DNA of 64,000 nucleotides from Polyangiaceae bacterium (GTDB lineage Bacteria > Myxococcota_A > Polyangia > Polyangiales > Polyangiaceae), in NCBI GenBank assembly GCA_044376115.1, contig JBILLK010000005.1:128001-192000 (forward strand). The letters run 5' to 3'. Below the pieces are notes generated by a model. The model saw only the letters and a program-made list of their open reading frames with translations, was not told where the DNA came from and ran no database searches. Positions 19,957 to 29,754 of the stretch are shown here, in pieces. Each line of letters starts with the position of its first letter. The stretch's first letter is position 1. Both the position numbers and the translations under genes were made by a program.

Positions 19957-21222
19957 GTGCAGATTCTCCACGCCTCGGACGTTCACCTGGACTCTCCAAT
20001 GCTAGGACTTGAAGCCTATGAGGGGTGCCCGCGGGACGCCTTGCGGGGAGCTACCAGGCGAGCGCTCGAGAACCTTGTTCGGTTGGCTATCGATGAGAAA
20101 GCCGCACTTCTGCTTGTCGCAGGAGATCTCTACGACGGCGCTTGGAAGGACCACCAGACGGGCCTCTATTTTGCGTCCCAGATGCGGAAACTGCGGGAGG
20201 CTGGAGTCAGGGTGGTGCTCTTGCGCGGAAACCACGACGCAGAGAGTGAGATAACGCAACGGGTTCATCTCCCAGACAACGTGCGGGAGCTGCGAACTGA
20301 TTCAGCGGAGACGGTGATCTTCGACGACCTAGGCGTCGCGATTCATGGGCGCGGCTTTCCAACCCGTGACGTTCGAGAGGATCTAGCGCGAAGTTACCCT
20401 GAACCGATTCGCGGCTTGTTCAACATTGGGATGCTTCACACAGCCCTCCACGGGCGGCCTGGACATGAGCCGTACGCACCGACCACGCTCGAAGTCTTGA
20501 TACAACGGGGATACGACTATTGGGCTCTTGGCCACGTTCACCAAACCGAAGTCGTTCACACTGACCCATACGTTGTGTTCCCCGGCAATCTACAGGGGCG
20601 GCACATCAAGGAGACCGGGCCCAAGGGCGCATTCATGCTTTCAGTTGAGCAAGGTCGCGTGCTTCGGGCTGAGCATCGGGCCCTTGACTATGCGCGCTAT
20701 TGGGATTGCCAACTAAAAGCAGAAGAGCAGGATTCTTGGGACGACATTGTACTAAAATTCCGAGACGCCCTCTTAACCGGAGTATCAACAGCGCAGGGTA
20801 GACTGCTCGCTGCGCGGGTGACCGTAGTTGGGCGACCAGCAAGTCACGGCAGAATCCTCCGCGAGAAGGATGCATTCATAGCGGACATTCGGGCCATGGG
20901 CCTTGACGTCGCAGGCGAAGGGGCTTGGCTGGGGGACGTTAGAGTTGAGACGCGTGCTCCTTTGGACTTGGCAGCACTCTCGCGAGCCAACGATCCCCTT
21001 GCCCATCTTCTACGAGCTATTGACAACGCCGCGTTGGATCCGCTGATACTCGGTGAATTGACGGCAGAGCTCGCGGACTTCGCGGCAAAGCTACCCAAGG
21101 GTTTGCGGGAGCTCGAAGAGTTTGCTTTTTTCGACGACTCTCAAGCCCTGCTCCCAGTGCTTGACGATGTCAAAGAGTTACTGGTTTCACGCTTGGTCCT
21201 AGGTGTCGAGGAGCTACCTTGA
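19957..21222 (+). CDS. Mre11/SbcD-like metallophosphoesterase nuclease (YhaO-like)
   Basis: Motifs HASDVHLD, AGDLYD, GNHD, MLHT, ALGHVH and PGNLQGRH. Confidence 0.93.
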   Translation: MQILHASDVHLDSPMLGLEAYEGCPRDALRGATRRALENLVRLAIDEKAALLLVAGDLYDGAWKDHQTGLYFASQMRKLREAGVRVVLLRGNHDAESEITQRVHLPDNVRELRTDSAETVIFDDLGVAIHGRGFPTRDVREDLARSYPEPIRGLFNIGMLHTALHGRPGHEPYAPTTLEVLIQRGYDYWALGHVHQTEVVHTDPYVVFPGNLQGRHIKETGPKGAFMLSVEQGRVLRAEHRALDYARYWDCQLKAEEQDSWDDIVLKFRDALLTGVSTAQGRLLAARVTVVGRPASHGRILREKDAFIADIRAMGLDVAGEGAWLGDVRVETRAPLDLAALSRANDPLAHLLRAIDNAALDPLILGELTAELADFAAKLPKGLRELEEFAFFDDSQALLPVLDDVKELLVSRLVLGVEELP

Positions 21223-24200
21223 GAGTTGAGGCGCTCCACCTTACCGCCTTTGGCCACTTCACTGGCAAGTCGATCGACCTGAGTCAGTCGGCTGGGTCGC
21301 TCGTCGTAGTCTATGGTGCCAACGAGGCAGGAAAGAGTACCAGCTTACGTGGCTTTGAGACGCTGCTATTTGGGTTTGAAACACGTGGCCCGGATCACCA
21401 TAAGCACGCAAAGCTGCAGGTCGGAGGCGTCATTGTTGCTGAAGATGGAAGTCGATTCGAGCTAGTACGACGAAGCGGGAAGGAGCCTCTCCGGTTGATG
21501 GACGGCAGCCTCTTCGAGGAAGACAGACTTCGACGCCTCTTGCGAGGTGTGGACAGGGAACTCTTCCGCACGCTCTACGGCCTGGATCATGAGCGCTTGC
21601 GCGTCGGAGCCAAGGCCCTCTTGGATCGTAAGAGCACGGTTGCTGAGAGTTTGTTCGACGCTGGGATTGCAGGAGCAGGCGTGGCTGAGGAGCTGCGTCG
21701 AATGCGTGCTCGCGCAGATGGCCTCTTTCGTGCTGGAGCGCGCGGGACAAGGAAGCCGCCACTAAACGAGGCAATCAAGAACTTCGTAGAGGCAGATGGT
21801 TTAAGTAAACGCCATGAAACGAAGTATGAATTCCTGGAACAACAGAAGGAAGGCATCGAAAATGCCCTCGCTACTCGCTTAACACTCGACGACGCGCTGC
21901 GAAATGTCGAGAAGGAGAAACGGCGGCTCGAGAAGCTACGTCGGGTCGCCCCTCTCTTTGCTCGCTACAAGAGACTTGCGGATGAGTTGGTAGGGCTGGA
22001 CGGTGTTCCAAGGCTAGCGGCGGGCGCGCGTGCTGAGCGTGAACGACTCTGCAGCGAACGGGCCACGGCGACTACGCGCATCGAAGACCTCAATAAGGGT
22101 ATTGCCCGACTTGAGCACCGTCTATCTGAGCTTCTGCCGAATCACGCACACAACCCACGGCATCACGCGGCAACGCGAGAGCGGTTGGCGGCGCTCTTCT
22201 CAATCCACGCGAAGCAAAGCCGGCGTCGACTGGCGCTGGAAGCGAGTAGGGACACCGCGAACCTGTCGCGGGGGCGATCGGATGGCGGTCAAGTCATTGA
22301 CTCGGCTGCTGAGCGCGCGCTCTGCGCTCTGTTGCAGGAGAAGCGGGCGCTCACGCTCGAACTCCGCATGTGTGAGAGTGGGATTGCCGAAACTGAGCGG
22401 CGTATAGCCGCATTGGCTCCAGACACATTAGTGGTGGATCGGGTCGAGCTCGAGGCTCTGGAGTCGATGGTTGTGCGGTCTGAGCGAATTCTGACGACAA
22501 GAGCGGAGGCACAAAGCTTAGCCATTAGAGCCGACGAACTCGCCGAGAAGTCGAGAGTGAATACGTTGTCCTTGGGTCTCGGACCTGGACAAGAACTCAA
22601 CGACGATGCCGCTGCGCCTGCTTGGGAGTGGGTAAGCGAGCGAGCAGCACGTGAGCAACGTCTCGAGAGTGAGTGGCAGGTTCTCGTCGCCGAGAAGCGC
22701 AAGCTGGAGCGAGAGGTACGTCGACTCGAGGCGGAACGGCAGACCGTACTTTCGGGTGGGCCCGTCCTTAGCGAACAGGATCTCGAGCGGTCCAGATCAA
22801 TTCGCGACGACCTCGTGCGAGCTGCCGCGTCACTGCATGCCGTCGAGCGCGCCATCATGGAGGCAGATAGTGTCGCGGATCGAATGCGTCATGATGTTGA
22901 CCGTTCGACTCGGCTTGCCCAACTAGAATTGCGTATGAATGAGGTCCGCGCGGAGCTCTTGGCGGTGGGTCAAGCAAGCGCGGGCAACGCGGCTGAGCGA
23001 GCGGCGTTGAAAGCTGAGCTTGGGGAAGCGTTGGCCCCCCTAGGTGTTCCCACGATGTCCGGCACGAGTGCCATAGAGTGGTTGAGGCGTCGCAAAGACG
23101 TCCTGATGATGTCGCTTGAGGCACGCTCTCGACAAGCCGAGGCGGCGAGTCTGCTCGCGGCGGTGGAGGCTCATCGAGCGTCGCTCGCTGTTGCGGCGGG
23201 GAACCCATCGTTAGACTTCGACCGCGCACTTACGGAGGTAAAGCAGCGCGTGGCGCTGTTGCGACGTCAAATAGACGGGCAACTGCATCGTGCGAGCCAG
23301 CGCGAGGAACTTGAAGTCGCCTATGAGGCTTTGGATCGAGAGCGTGCCAGGTTGGAGAACCGGCTCGGAGCTATCGAAGAGTCATTGCGCCTGGGGCTGC
23401 TACCCCACGGCGTCAGTGTCGATGTTCTGGCGGAAGAACTCGTACGTGTCAATGCCGCCCGTCTGCGTGATGCGACAATCGAGCAAGAGCTTAGGGGACT
23501 CGAGTCCGAGATGAGATTGATTGAGGCGGATGAGCGTGAGCTCTATCAATTAGTTAACGCGGTGCGAGGAGCAGAGGAAGATGCTCCCGTTTCGATTGTC
23601 GATGTTGAGGCGTTGCTCGAAAGATTGGATAGCGAGCAACGAGCTCATGAGCAGCGCGAGGACTGTCTCCTTCGGCTCGGGCAAGCTCGAGAGGAGCTTC
23701 TTCAAGCGAAGCGCTCGGTAGCAGAGTCCGACATGTCGCTCCAGGGCTTGTTTGACACCGCCGGAGTTGACTCATTGGACGCGCTGGTTCGGATCGAGGA
23801 GAGTTCCATTCGCGCCGGCGTCTTGGTCGTGGAAGTAGAGCGGCTGCGGGAACAAATAGCTTTAGCCGGGGAGACAGATGACATTGAGCAGCTCGAACTC
23901 GAGAGTGCTGCCTTGAGCGCCGATGACATTGAAATGGAGCTTGAAGCAAAGGATGTCGAACGCGACGAGCTAGAGCGACGAAAAGAGAGGGTGATTCACG
24001 ATCGACGAGCCTATGAGGAGGCCATAAGGCACGTAGAGTCCGAAGACTCAAAGGCCGCATACTACGCAGAGCAGGCGTCGATCCACATTGCGAAGGTTCG
24101 CACCTTAGCTAGTGACTATATTCGTCATCGGCTAGCCGCGTTGATTCTCGAAAGAGAGATCGATACGTATCAGAAGCTCCATCAGGGACCGGTGCTATCA

Positions 24201-24587
24201 AGGGCAGCTCAGCATTTTCGCACGCTGACTCACAGTAGTTTTGAGGGGCTAAAGATTGTTATCAACTCAAAGAATCAACCAGAGTTGGTTTGCTTGCGCT
24301 CTGCACAGGAGGTCGCTGTCGAGGCTCTGAGCGATGGCGCAAAGGACCAACTTTTTTTGGCTCTACGACTCGCTACGATAGAACATCACGGGGAGGGGTT
24401 CGAGTCGCTACCCTTGGTCCTTGACGACGTGCTTATCAACTTCGACGAGGACCGGACGCGGTCGGCGCTCGCGCTGCTTGGAACCGTGGCCACGCGGATG
24501 CAGGTATTGCTCTTTACTCACTTGGCGCGCACCGTTGAGCTGGCCAAGCTTGTATTAGGCCGCGGAGCGCACGTAGTAGCGCTTTAA
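21219..24587 (+). CDS. YhaN-family SMC/Rad50-like ABC ATPase with long coiled coil
   Basis: AFGHF, Walker A GANEAGKST, long coiled coil, signature LSDGAKDQLFLALRLA, Walker B LVLDD, and FTH. Overlaps the nuclease gene by 4 bp. Confidence 0.92.
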   Translation: MRVEALHLTAFGHFTGKSIDLSQSAGSLVVVYGANEAGKSTSLRGFETLLFGFETRGPDHHKHAKLQVGGVIVAEDGSRFELVRRSGKEPLRLMDGSLFEEDRLRRLLRGVDRELFRTLYGLDHERLRVGAKALLDRKSTVAESLFDAGIAGAGVAEELRRMRARADGLFRAGARGTRKPPLNEAIKNFVEADGLSKRHETKYEFLEQQKEGIENALATRLTLDDALRNVEKEKRRLEKLRRVAPLFARYKRLADELVGLDGVPRLAAGARAERERLCSERATATTRIEDLNKGIARLEHRLSELLPNHAHNPRHHAATRERLAALFSIHAKQSRRRLALEASRDTANLSRGRSDGGQVIDSAAERALCALLQEKRALTLELRMCESGIAETERRIAALAPDTLVVDRVELEALESMVVRSERILTTRAEAQSLAIRADELAEKSRVNTLSLGLGPGQELNDDAAAPAWEWVSERAAREQRLESEWQVLVAEKRKLEREVRRLEAERQTVLSGGPVLSEQDLERSRSIRDDLVRAAASLHAVERAIMEADSVADRMRHDVDRSTRLAQLELRMNEVRAELLAVGQASAGNAAERAALKAELGEALAPLGVPTMSGTSAIEWLRRRKDVLMMSLEARSRQAEAASLLAAVEAHRASLAVAAGNPSLDFDRALTEVKQRVALLRRQIDGQLHRASQREELEVAYEALDRERARLENRLGAIEESLRLGLLPHGVSVDVLAEELVRVNAARLRDATIEQELRGLESEMRLIEADERELYQLVNAVRGAEEDAPVSIVDVEALLERLDSEQRAHEQREDCLLRLGQAREELLQAKRSVAESDMSLQGLFDTAGVDSLDALVRIEESSIRAGVLVVEVERLREQIALAGETDDIEQLELESAALSADDIEMELEAKDVERDELERRKERVIHDRRAYEEAIRHVESEDSKAAYYAEQASIHIAKVRTLASDYIRHRLAALILEREIDTYQKLHQGPVLSRAAQHFRTLTHSSFEGLKIVINSKNQPELVCLRSAQEVAVEALSDGAKDQLFLALRLATIEHHGEGFESLPLVLDDVLINFDEDRTRSALALLGTVATRMQVLLFTHLARTVELAKLVLGRGAHVVAL

Positions 24588-25681
24588 CGAAGTTGTGCGG
24601 CAACGAGCCTGTGAAAGTGGTGAACGGCTTGCTCCATGGTGGGCGAGAAGCGTCCACCTTTGTAGAAACGCGATGCGATCCCTCGTTGTACCCGTTCGAC
24701 AATGGCCTCGTCCTCGAGCTCAACGCGCTCTAGGTCAGCGCCTGCGCCAGAGCCCAGTCGGTCTTGATCGTAGACGAACGTGAGGTAGGTTACGCAGGTC
24801 TTTGCCGGCCCAAGCGGGCGGACAGCGTTCACCGAGACTCCCCATGGATAGACGTTGAGCATGGTAGCCGGAAAAAGAAACGCGTAGAACGCGGCTACGT
24901 TGCGATGAGCGTCGGGGTGACCTGCGGGGAGGGAAATGGCGTCTTGCGGTCGCTTGGCAATGCCTAGCTGCAAGCTTGCCCATTCATGCAGCTCTGTTGC
25001 GTAGGAAGTGAAATCGAGTGCCTCCATTAGCCCGTCGTGCACGAACGGGAGATGAAGTCCCTCAAGGTAGTTATCGCAGTAGAGAAGCCAGTTAGCGTTG
25101 ATGACGTAGTCCTTTGCCTCCGATAGCACCGCCGCAGACCAAGGGACGAAGTCGAGTCTCGCCTTTAGGGGGCCGAGCAATGCGTCGAACGTCATCTGTG
25201 GCGTAACCGAGGCGAACAATAGCGGCCCTAAGCTTGCTGATGGGACCTTCGGTAAGCTGTCACTCGATGTGGGAAAGTCTTGTGCTTGCTCGAAGGCTGG
25301 CATGCGTTTGAACGTGCCATCCAGTTCGAAGCTGCGGCCGTGGTAGCGGCACTTTATCGTTGGAGCCCTACAGGGCTCGTCTATGAGCAGGTTGCCTCGA
25401 TGGGTACACACGTTAGAGAGCACGTGAAGGTCGCGTTGGTGACAGGAGAGTAGTAGTGGTTCATTGAGACTGCCTGGCAGAAGCGTGACCGGCTCCAGCT
25501 GCTGGACTTTGTTGGTGGCGGGTTTAGGGCCGAGCACATGCCACGTGCGCGTGAATACCTGCTCAAGTATATGGGGGTAATGTACTGGGTTGCGGATGAG
25601 TTCTGCCGGTAACGTGCTTGCTCGCGTAATGTCACTGTCGATGTCGAGTTGAACTGAGTCCCGCGAGTCGGTCTTTTTCAT
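24584..25681 (-). CDS. Rieske non-heme iron oxygenase alpha subunit (choline monooxygenase-like)
   Basis: Rieske CTH...CRYHG; mononuclear Fe motif DNYLEGLHLPFVH; EDEAIVERVQRG. Confidence 0.9.
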   Translation of the reverse strand: MKKTDSRDSVQLDIDSDITRASTLPAELIRNPVHYPHILEQVFTRTWHVLGPKPATNKVQQLEPVTLLPGSLNEPLLLSCHQRDLHVLSNVCTHRGNLLIDEPCRAPTIKCRYHGRSFELDGTFKRMPAFEQAQDFPTSSDSLPKVPSASLGPLLFASVTPQMTFDALLGPLKARLDFVPWSAAVLSEAKDYVINANWLLYCDNYLEGLHLPFVHDGLMEALDFTSYATELHEWASLQLGIAKRPQDAISLPAGHPDAHRNVAAFYAFLFPATMLNVYPWGVSVNAVRPLGPAKTCVTYLTFVYDQDRLGSGAGADLERVELEDEAIVERVQRGIASRFYKGGRFSPTMEQAVHHFHRLVAAQLR

Positions 25682-25724
25682 GGGGTTCTCCGCGAAGGGT
25701 GCGAGCGTTCGGCAGTGCCAGCGT

Positions 25725-27038
25725 CTACTCGTGTGAATGTCTCAATAGCTCATTGAGGCGCGCTGGCTTGATATAGGGGTCTAGCGCGGTACGCCAGCTG
25801 GACGTGGGAAGCTTGGATGGTCTTCCTAGTAGCGTCTGCGTCAAGTGGTACGCGATTTCCGTGATTCGCAAGGCCGTTCCTTGGAGTTCGACGAGCCTCG
25901 GGTCTATCTCGGTGGCGCGATTCAGTTCAGCGGCGGTATTCGCGAGTACTCCAAGTGCATCGAGTGCAGCCGTTCGCCTACGGCTGAGCGGGAGATGTAC
26001 CAAGCGCTCGAGAAGCCCGGTGCGAAAGCGTTGGGGAAAGCATAACTCATGAGGTCCGACCGATTCTGCGATCTTGAGAACTACTTGCCAGTTGCTGCCG
26101 CATACTGCTTTGACCCCACGCTCTAACGCTGTGTCTGGCTGATGACCCTCCATCGTATGCCTTAGGTCGGAAAGCATATGGAGCGCTACTAATGTTGGTA
26201 CGAATTCACGGGCCCCGTTCAGTAATACGCCCCTTCCTTCGCTTAGGAGTTGCGGGCTCACGGTGTGAACTGGGCCGAAGCACAGCTTCTCCTGCGGCGT
26301 CAGTCCTAGGGGCTCTCCGGTTGCTAGAGGTAGCCAGTCGTTCGCGATCGCATTGCTCCATATCCAAATAGAAAGTCCCGTGCAGCGCTCTAGTCGTCCT
26401 CGTTCCACCTCTGAAATATACGAACTAAAGATACCAGGTCCTGTCCAGGCGGTTAGCCAGGCGCCCTGGCTGCGGAGTCCGCTTAGGTACCGGCGGGCCC
26501 CATCGCTCAATGAACTCGCGCGGCCGAAATAGACAGCAGGTACAACGACCAGCGAGTTCTTCCGGCCCAGCAGCTCCTCGGCTTCTCGCACCAACGCTCC
26601 ATGGTCCTGTCCGGTCACTTCGTTTGCTAGTTGCGGTGCAATCGTCGGCCAGGTGTCATCAAAAAGAATGGCGAAGTCACGGACTCCAACGTTCGAGAGC
26701 TCCTTCACTCTGGCGGCGAGGAGGCGGCGAAATTCAAGGTGCTCTCGGCGCAAGAACGGCAGACTCGCCCGATCGAATAAGCGGAAGGGAGACAAGCCGT
26801 GGATGAAGCGAACCCCACAGGCTGATGCGTGCGCTGCAAGTTCTTCGAGCATGCCGAGCCGATGCGGTGGCACTGGCCTACGCAGGCTGGTCACGTCCTC
26901 GCGTTCTTGTTTCGGGGCGTGCAGGTAGGTCTGAAGGCCGGCTGCTCCGAGGTGTTGCAACACGGCAAGTCGGTTCGGCTGAGTCCATGGTCGGCCGTAA
27001 AAGCCCTCAATCACCCCAAGTCCGATTGAGTCGGTCAC
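25725..27038 (-). CDS. GH84 (O-GlcNAcase/hyaluronidase) catalytic-domain protein
   Basis: Motifs GVIEGFYGRPW, YLHAPK, GLSP, catalytic ILFDD, WTGP and WSNAIAND. GTG 27038 overlaps the upstream TGA (GTGA), so the track start at 27197 is probably too long. Confidence 0.8.
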   Translation of the reverse strand: MTDSIGLGVIEGFYGRPWTQPNRLAVLQHLGAAGLQTYLHAPKQEREDVTSLRRPVPPHRLGMLEELAAHASACGVRFIHGLSPFRLFDRASLPFLRREHLEFRRLLAARVKELSNVGVRDFAILFDDTWPTIAPQLANEVTGQDHGALVREAEELLGRKNSLVVVPAVYFGRASSLSDGARRYLSGLRSQGAWLTAWTGPGIFSSYISEVERGRLERCTGLSIWIWSNAIANDWLPLATGEPLGLTPQEKLCFGPVHTVSPQLLSEGRGVLLNGAREFVPTLVALHMLSDLRHTMEGHQPDTALERGVKAVCGSNWQVVLKIAESVGPHELCFPQRFRTGLLERLVHLPLSRRRTAALDALGVLANTAAELNRATEIDPRLVELQGTALRITEIAYHLTQTLLGRPSKLPTSSWRTALDPYIKPARLNELLRHSHE

Positions 27039-27382
27039 CCCGCGAGGATACGGCTGAGTCCGCTTGCGACAGCCTTCACGCTTCCCACTCGACCATCTAA
27101 CGACGCGAGCGTTAGTTGGCGACCCCAGAGTGGAACCCTGTGGAGGTAGATGTCGCGTGAAGGCCCTGTCCCGCCATGCGCAAGGTCGCCGATCCACATT
27201 CGCAGCGTTGCTTCATCAGCTGGGGCGAGCGCACTTGATGCAAGCATGGCTCTACCGTCGAACAGAACGACCGCGCGTGCACCGCAGCGCTCTCGATGTG
27301 CAGCCAGCAAGTGCTCTGCAGCTCGCAAGGGGGCATGAGCGCGCCGTGTTCGTCGATCGACAAGCATGCGAAACCCTCGCAT
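27035..27382 (-). CDS. Small hypothetical protein, possibly roadblock/GAF-like fold
   Basis: About 115-aa ORF coupled to the GH84 gene; pattern DRR..R...L....GARAVVLFD...LASS...RIL. Start could be 27382 or 27367. Confidence 0.55.
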   Translation of the reverse strand: MRGFRMLVDRRTRRAHAPLRAAEHLLAAHRERCGARAVVLFDGRAMLASSALAPADEATLRMWIGDLAHGGTGPSRDIYLHRVPLWGRQLTLASLDGRVGSVKAVASGLSRILAG

Positions 27383-27410
27383 GTGACGACGGTGTAGCGC
27401 CAGTTTGTGG

Positions 27411-27824
27411 CTACTCCCCAGACCGGAAGTAGCGCAGCAGGTCGGCAATCTGATTGTCGCTTAGCTTGTCGCCATACGCGGGCATTGGACTTTCCCCATT
27501 CTTGATGGTGTTGAAGCCCTCCTCCAGCTTGGCGGAACTCCAATCGCTAGTGAACAGATTGGGAAACTTCGCGGGGGGCTTCGATTGCGTGCCGTGGCAG
27601 CCTCCACAATGCTCTTCTTCATAGAGCTTCTTGCCACGGGTAGCGTCTGCTGCTTCCACGAGGTTTGCCACGTTGCTGGCAACCATCGGCTGCCCAGGAT
27701 CCGCGGTTTGACTCGGGGTGGCAGAAGGCGAACTTCCGTCGACACTGTCCGGTGGCTTAGTGGGACTACAGGATGCGGAGAAAATCAAAGCCGAGAGAAC
27801 CAGAGTAGAGAGGGACCGCGCCAT
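27411..27824 (-). CDS. Monoheme cytochrome c lipoprotein
   Basis: Lipobox-like SASC, heme motif CGGCH, axial Met in MPAY, and LSDNQIADL. Confidence 0.9.
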   Translation of the reverse strand: MARSLSTLVLSALIFSASCSPTKPPDSVDGSSPSATPSQTADPGQPMVASNVANLVEAADATRGKKLYEEEHCGGCHGTQSKPPAKFPNLFTSDWSSAKLEEGFNTIKNGESPMPAYGDKLSDNQIADLLRYFRSGE

Positions 27825-27870
27825 AGCCCAGAGAGGCTACCACGACGTGTATGCTTGAGACTGGGCGATG

Positions 27871-28788
27871 CTACGGAAGCGGGATGCTTAGCGCGAAGCT
27901 GGCGGGGCCAAGTGTGAGCTTTGCGGACGACTTCTCACCACCGCCAACAACTACGGCGGCCACCCCAAGACCCGACGAGACCGCCCCGGCGATGAGCGAA
28001 CTGACCGCCACAACCCGATACACCTGAAGTTGTTCATCGTCAGCCGTCGAGCTTGAGCAATTGGAGGCTCCGCAGCCAGTTTCGATGTCAGCTGCGAGTG
28101 CGAATGACGCCACCCCCGTTCCGATGGCTACTCCGAGCGCGGCGCCACTGAGGCCGATAAGCCCGTAGCCAAGAGCCGTCCAAACGGTGCGTGCCGTGGG
28201 ATCCCCGTGGGGGTGGCTGAACTCGAGCACTACTTCCGTGCGACTCCCTGGAATCACATCGACTACAGCCTCCGCGACTGCGCCTTCTGGATCCCGTCCC
28301 TTGATCGAATGCGTACCGGGGTCGACCGGAATTAGATCCCCGGTAACCCCGATGGGCCGGCCGTCAAGAAAGACCTGCCGCGCCCCTTCACCACCACGCA
28401 AGGCGATCCGTACCATCGGGACCAGGGGACTGAGTCGGAGCAGCTCCCGCTGGGCTGTTCGTTGCGCGTTGCTGTGTTGCCACGGGGCATTGGGTTCGAG
28501 CTGGGTTGTGGAGGCGATTTCGAAGGCCCGCTTGGCCTCAACCAGCCGTCCCAGTTTCTCCAGCGTCAATCCACGGTGCAGCGTCAGGGTGGGAACGGGG
28601 ACTCGGCCCTCGGCTTCCTCGAATCGCTTGAGTGCCGCGTCGAAATCACCGCTTTCAAATAGAGCGAGGCCCTCGTCTGCAAGCCGAGCAACACGCTCTC
28701 GCTCGAGCCGCGGCACCTCCTCAAGCTCGGGAGACGCAAAGGCCCTGACAGGGAGAGCGACAAGAAGGATGCAAAACCAGCGAACCAT
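27871..28788 (-). CDS. TPR + PEGA-domain membrane protein (myxobacterial family)
   Basis: Signal peptide, TPR-like helices (ADEGLALFESGDFDAALKRF), PEGA-like VFLDG...VDPGTH, and a C-terminal hydrophobic hairpin. Confidence 0.8.
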   Translation of the reverse strand: MVRWFCILLVALPVRAFASPELEEVPRLERERVARLADEGLALFESGDFDAALKRFEEAEGRVPVPTLTLHRGLTLEKLGRLVEAKRAFEIASTTQLEPNAPWQHSNAQRTAQRELLRLSPLVPMVRIALRGGEGARQVFLDGRPIGVTGDLIPVDPGTHSIKGRDPEGAVAEAVVDVIPGSRTEVVLEFSHPHGDPTARTVWTALGYGLIGLSGAALGVAIGTGVASFALAADIETGCGASNCSSSTADDEQLQVYRVVAVSSLIAGAVSSGLGVAAVVVGGGEKSSAKLTLGPASFALSIPLP

Positions 28789-28903
28789 CGACGAAGCAGG
28801 AGGTTACTACGCGCCGTGCCACGAAGCAGGCCCGTTGGTGCGGCGAGACTTGAGCGTGATTGGAATCACCTCTAGGGTGCTCCCTCGTGAAGGTGGGGGG
28901 AAC

Positions 28904-29590
28904 ATGATTTCGGACGCGAGGAAGCCTGGCCAAGGTTTTGAGGATGGCCCCAGAACGGGGGAGAGTGGCTTCATTCGTCGGCCGTCTCGTCTAGATGACC
29001 TGGCGGTCGATGCAGGCTTGCGCGTGCCGTTCCGAAGCATTGTCGGCACGACGGGAATGCCTCACGGAGAACTCGCAGAGAGGGCAGAACCAACGCCAGA
29101 GTTCGCTGAACGTGCGCTGAGGGAGTTTGCCGCCGCAACGGGTGTCCCCACGACAGTCCGCCTGCTGATCCCCTGCCCGCCATCCGCCCTTGAGCCAAGC
29201 CGGCTGATGAACATTGCCAAACAAAGACGGCTAAAAACACGCCGCATCATCCTGGAGCTGAGCGACACTAGCGATTCAGACCTGGCAATTGCGACGGCCA
29301 AGGCGCTCGTACCCTACGGCTTCCTATTCGCGGTTCGGCTCACTAGGCCCAGCCTTGCGAACCCGGAGCTACTTTGTGAACTCGGCGCGGATTACCTGCA
29401 CTTCCCCGACCCTCCGCAGGATTTCGAGGCCGCGGAGCAGCTTCGTTCGTTGGTCGAGCGAGTCACCTTGCGCAAGGGACGCGCGATTGTTGGCAATGTT
29501 CGAACTGAGGCGGGGGCGCGCCTGGTGGAAGCGGCGGGCGTGTGGCTGACGTACGGGGACTACCTCGCGCGCGCTCGTTTTCTCTGTTAG
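28904..29590 (+). CDS. Degenerate EAL-domain protein
   Basis: ATG 28904 follows a G-rich RBS. The C-terminal half follows the EAL barrel pattern (IILELSD, DYLHF, IVGNVRT, LTYGDYLAR) but lacks the EAL, DDFG and EGVE residues. The upstream part of the track ORF is antisense shadow of the TPR-PEGA gene. Confidence 0.65.
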   Translation: MISDARKPGQGFEDGPRTGESGFIRRPSRLDDLAVDAGLRVPFRSIVGTTGMPHGELAERAEPTPEFAERALREFAAATGVPTTVRLLIPCPPSALEPSRLMNIAKQRRLKTRRIILELSDTSDSDLAIATAKALVPYGFLFAVRLTRPSLANPELLCELGADYLHFPDPPQDFEAAEQLRSLVERVTLRKGRAIVGNVRTEAGARLVEAAGVWLTYGDYLARARFLC

Positions 29591-29754
29591 TCGAGCTGAA
29601 TGAAACTATTGGGGTGGCGTGCTCGATAACGGCCAAAAGCTACTGAGCAACGTACAGTAAGGTTGGCAAGTTCCAGGAGTGCGCCACTCGACCAAGAGTC
29701 AAGGCCCCTGGTGAGAAAACGCCCACATTGCTGAGCGTTTCTAGTTAGTCCACC

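Noticed and set aside
19957..24587. Calling the SMC-like pair Wadjet or Lamassu
   Set aside because: There are no JetA/B/D or LmuA/C-type partners, and the motifs fit YhaO/YhaN.
28187..28903. N-terminal 239 aa of the 467-aa track ORF
   Set aside because: This part is antisense to the TPR-PEGA gene and Ser/Arg-rich; the real gene most likely starts at ATG 28904.
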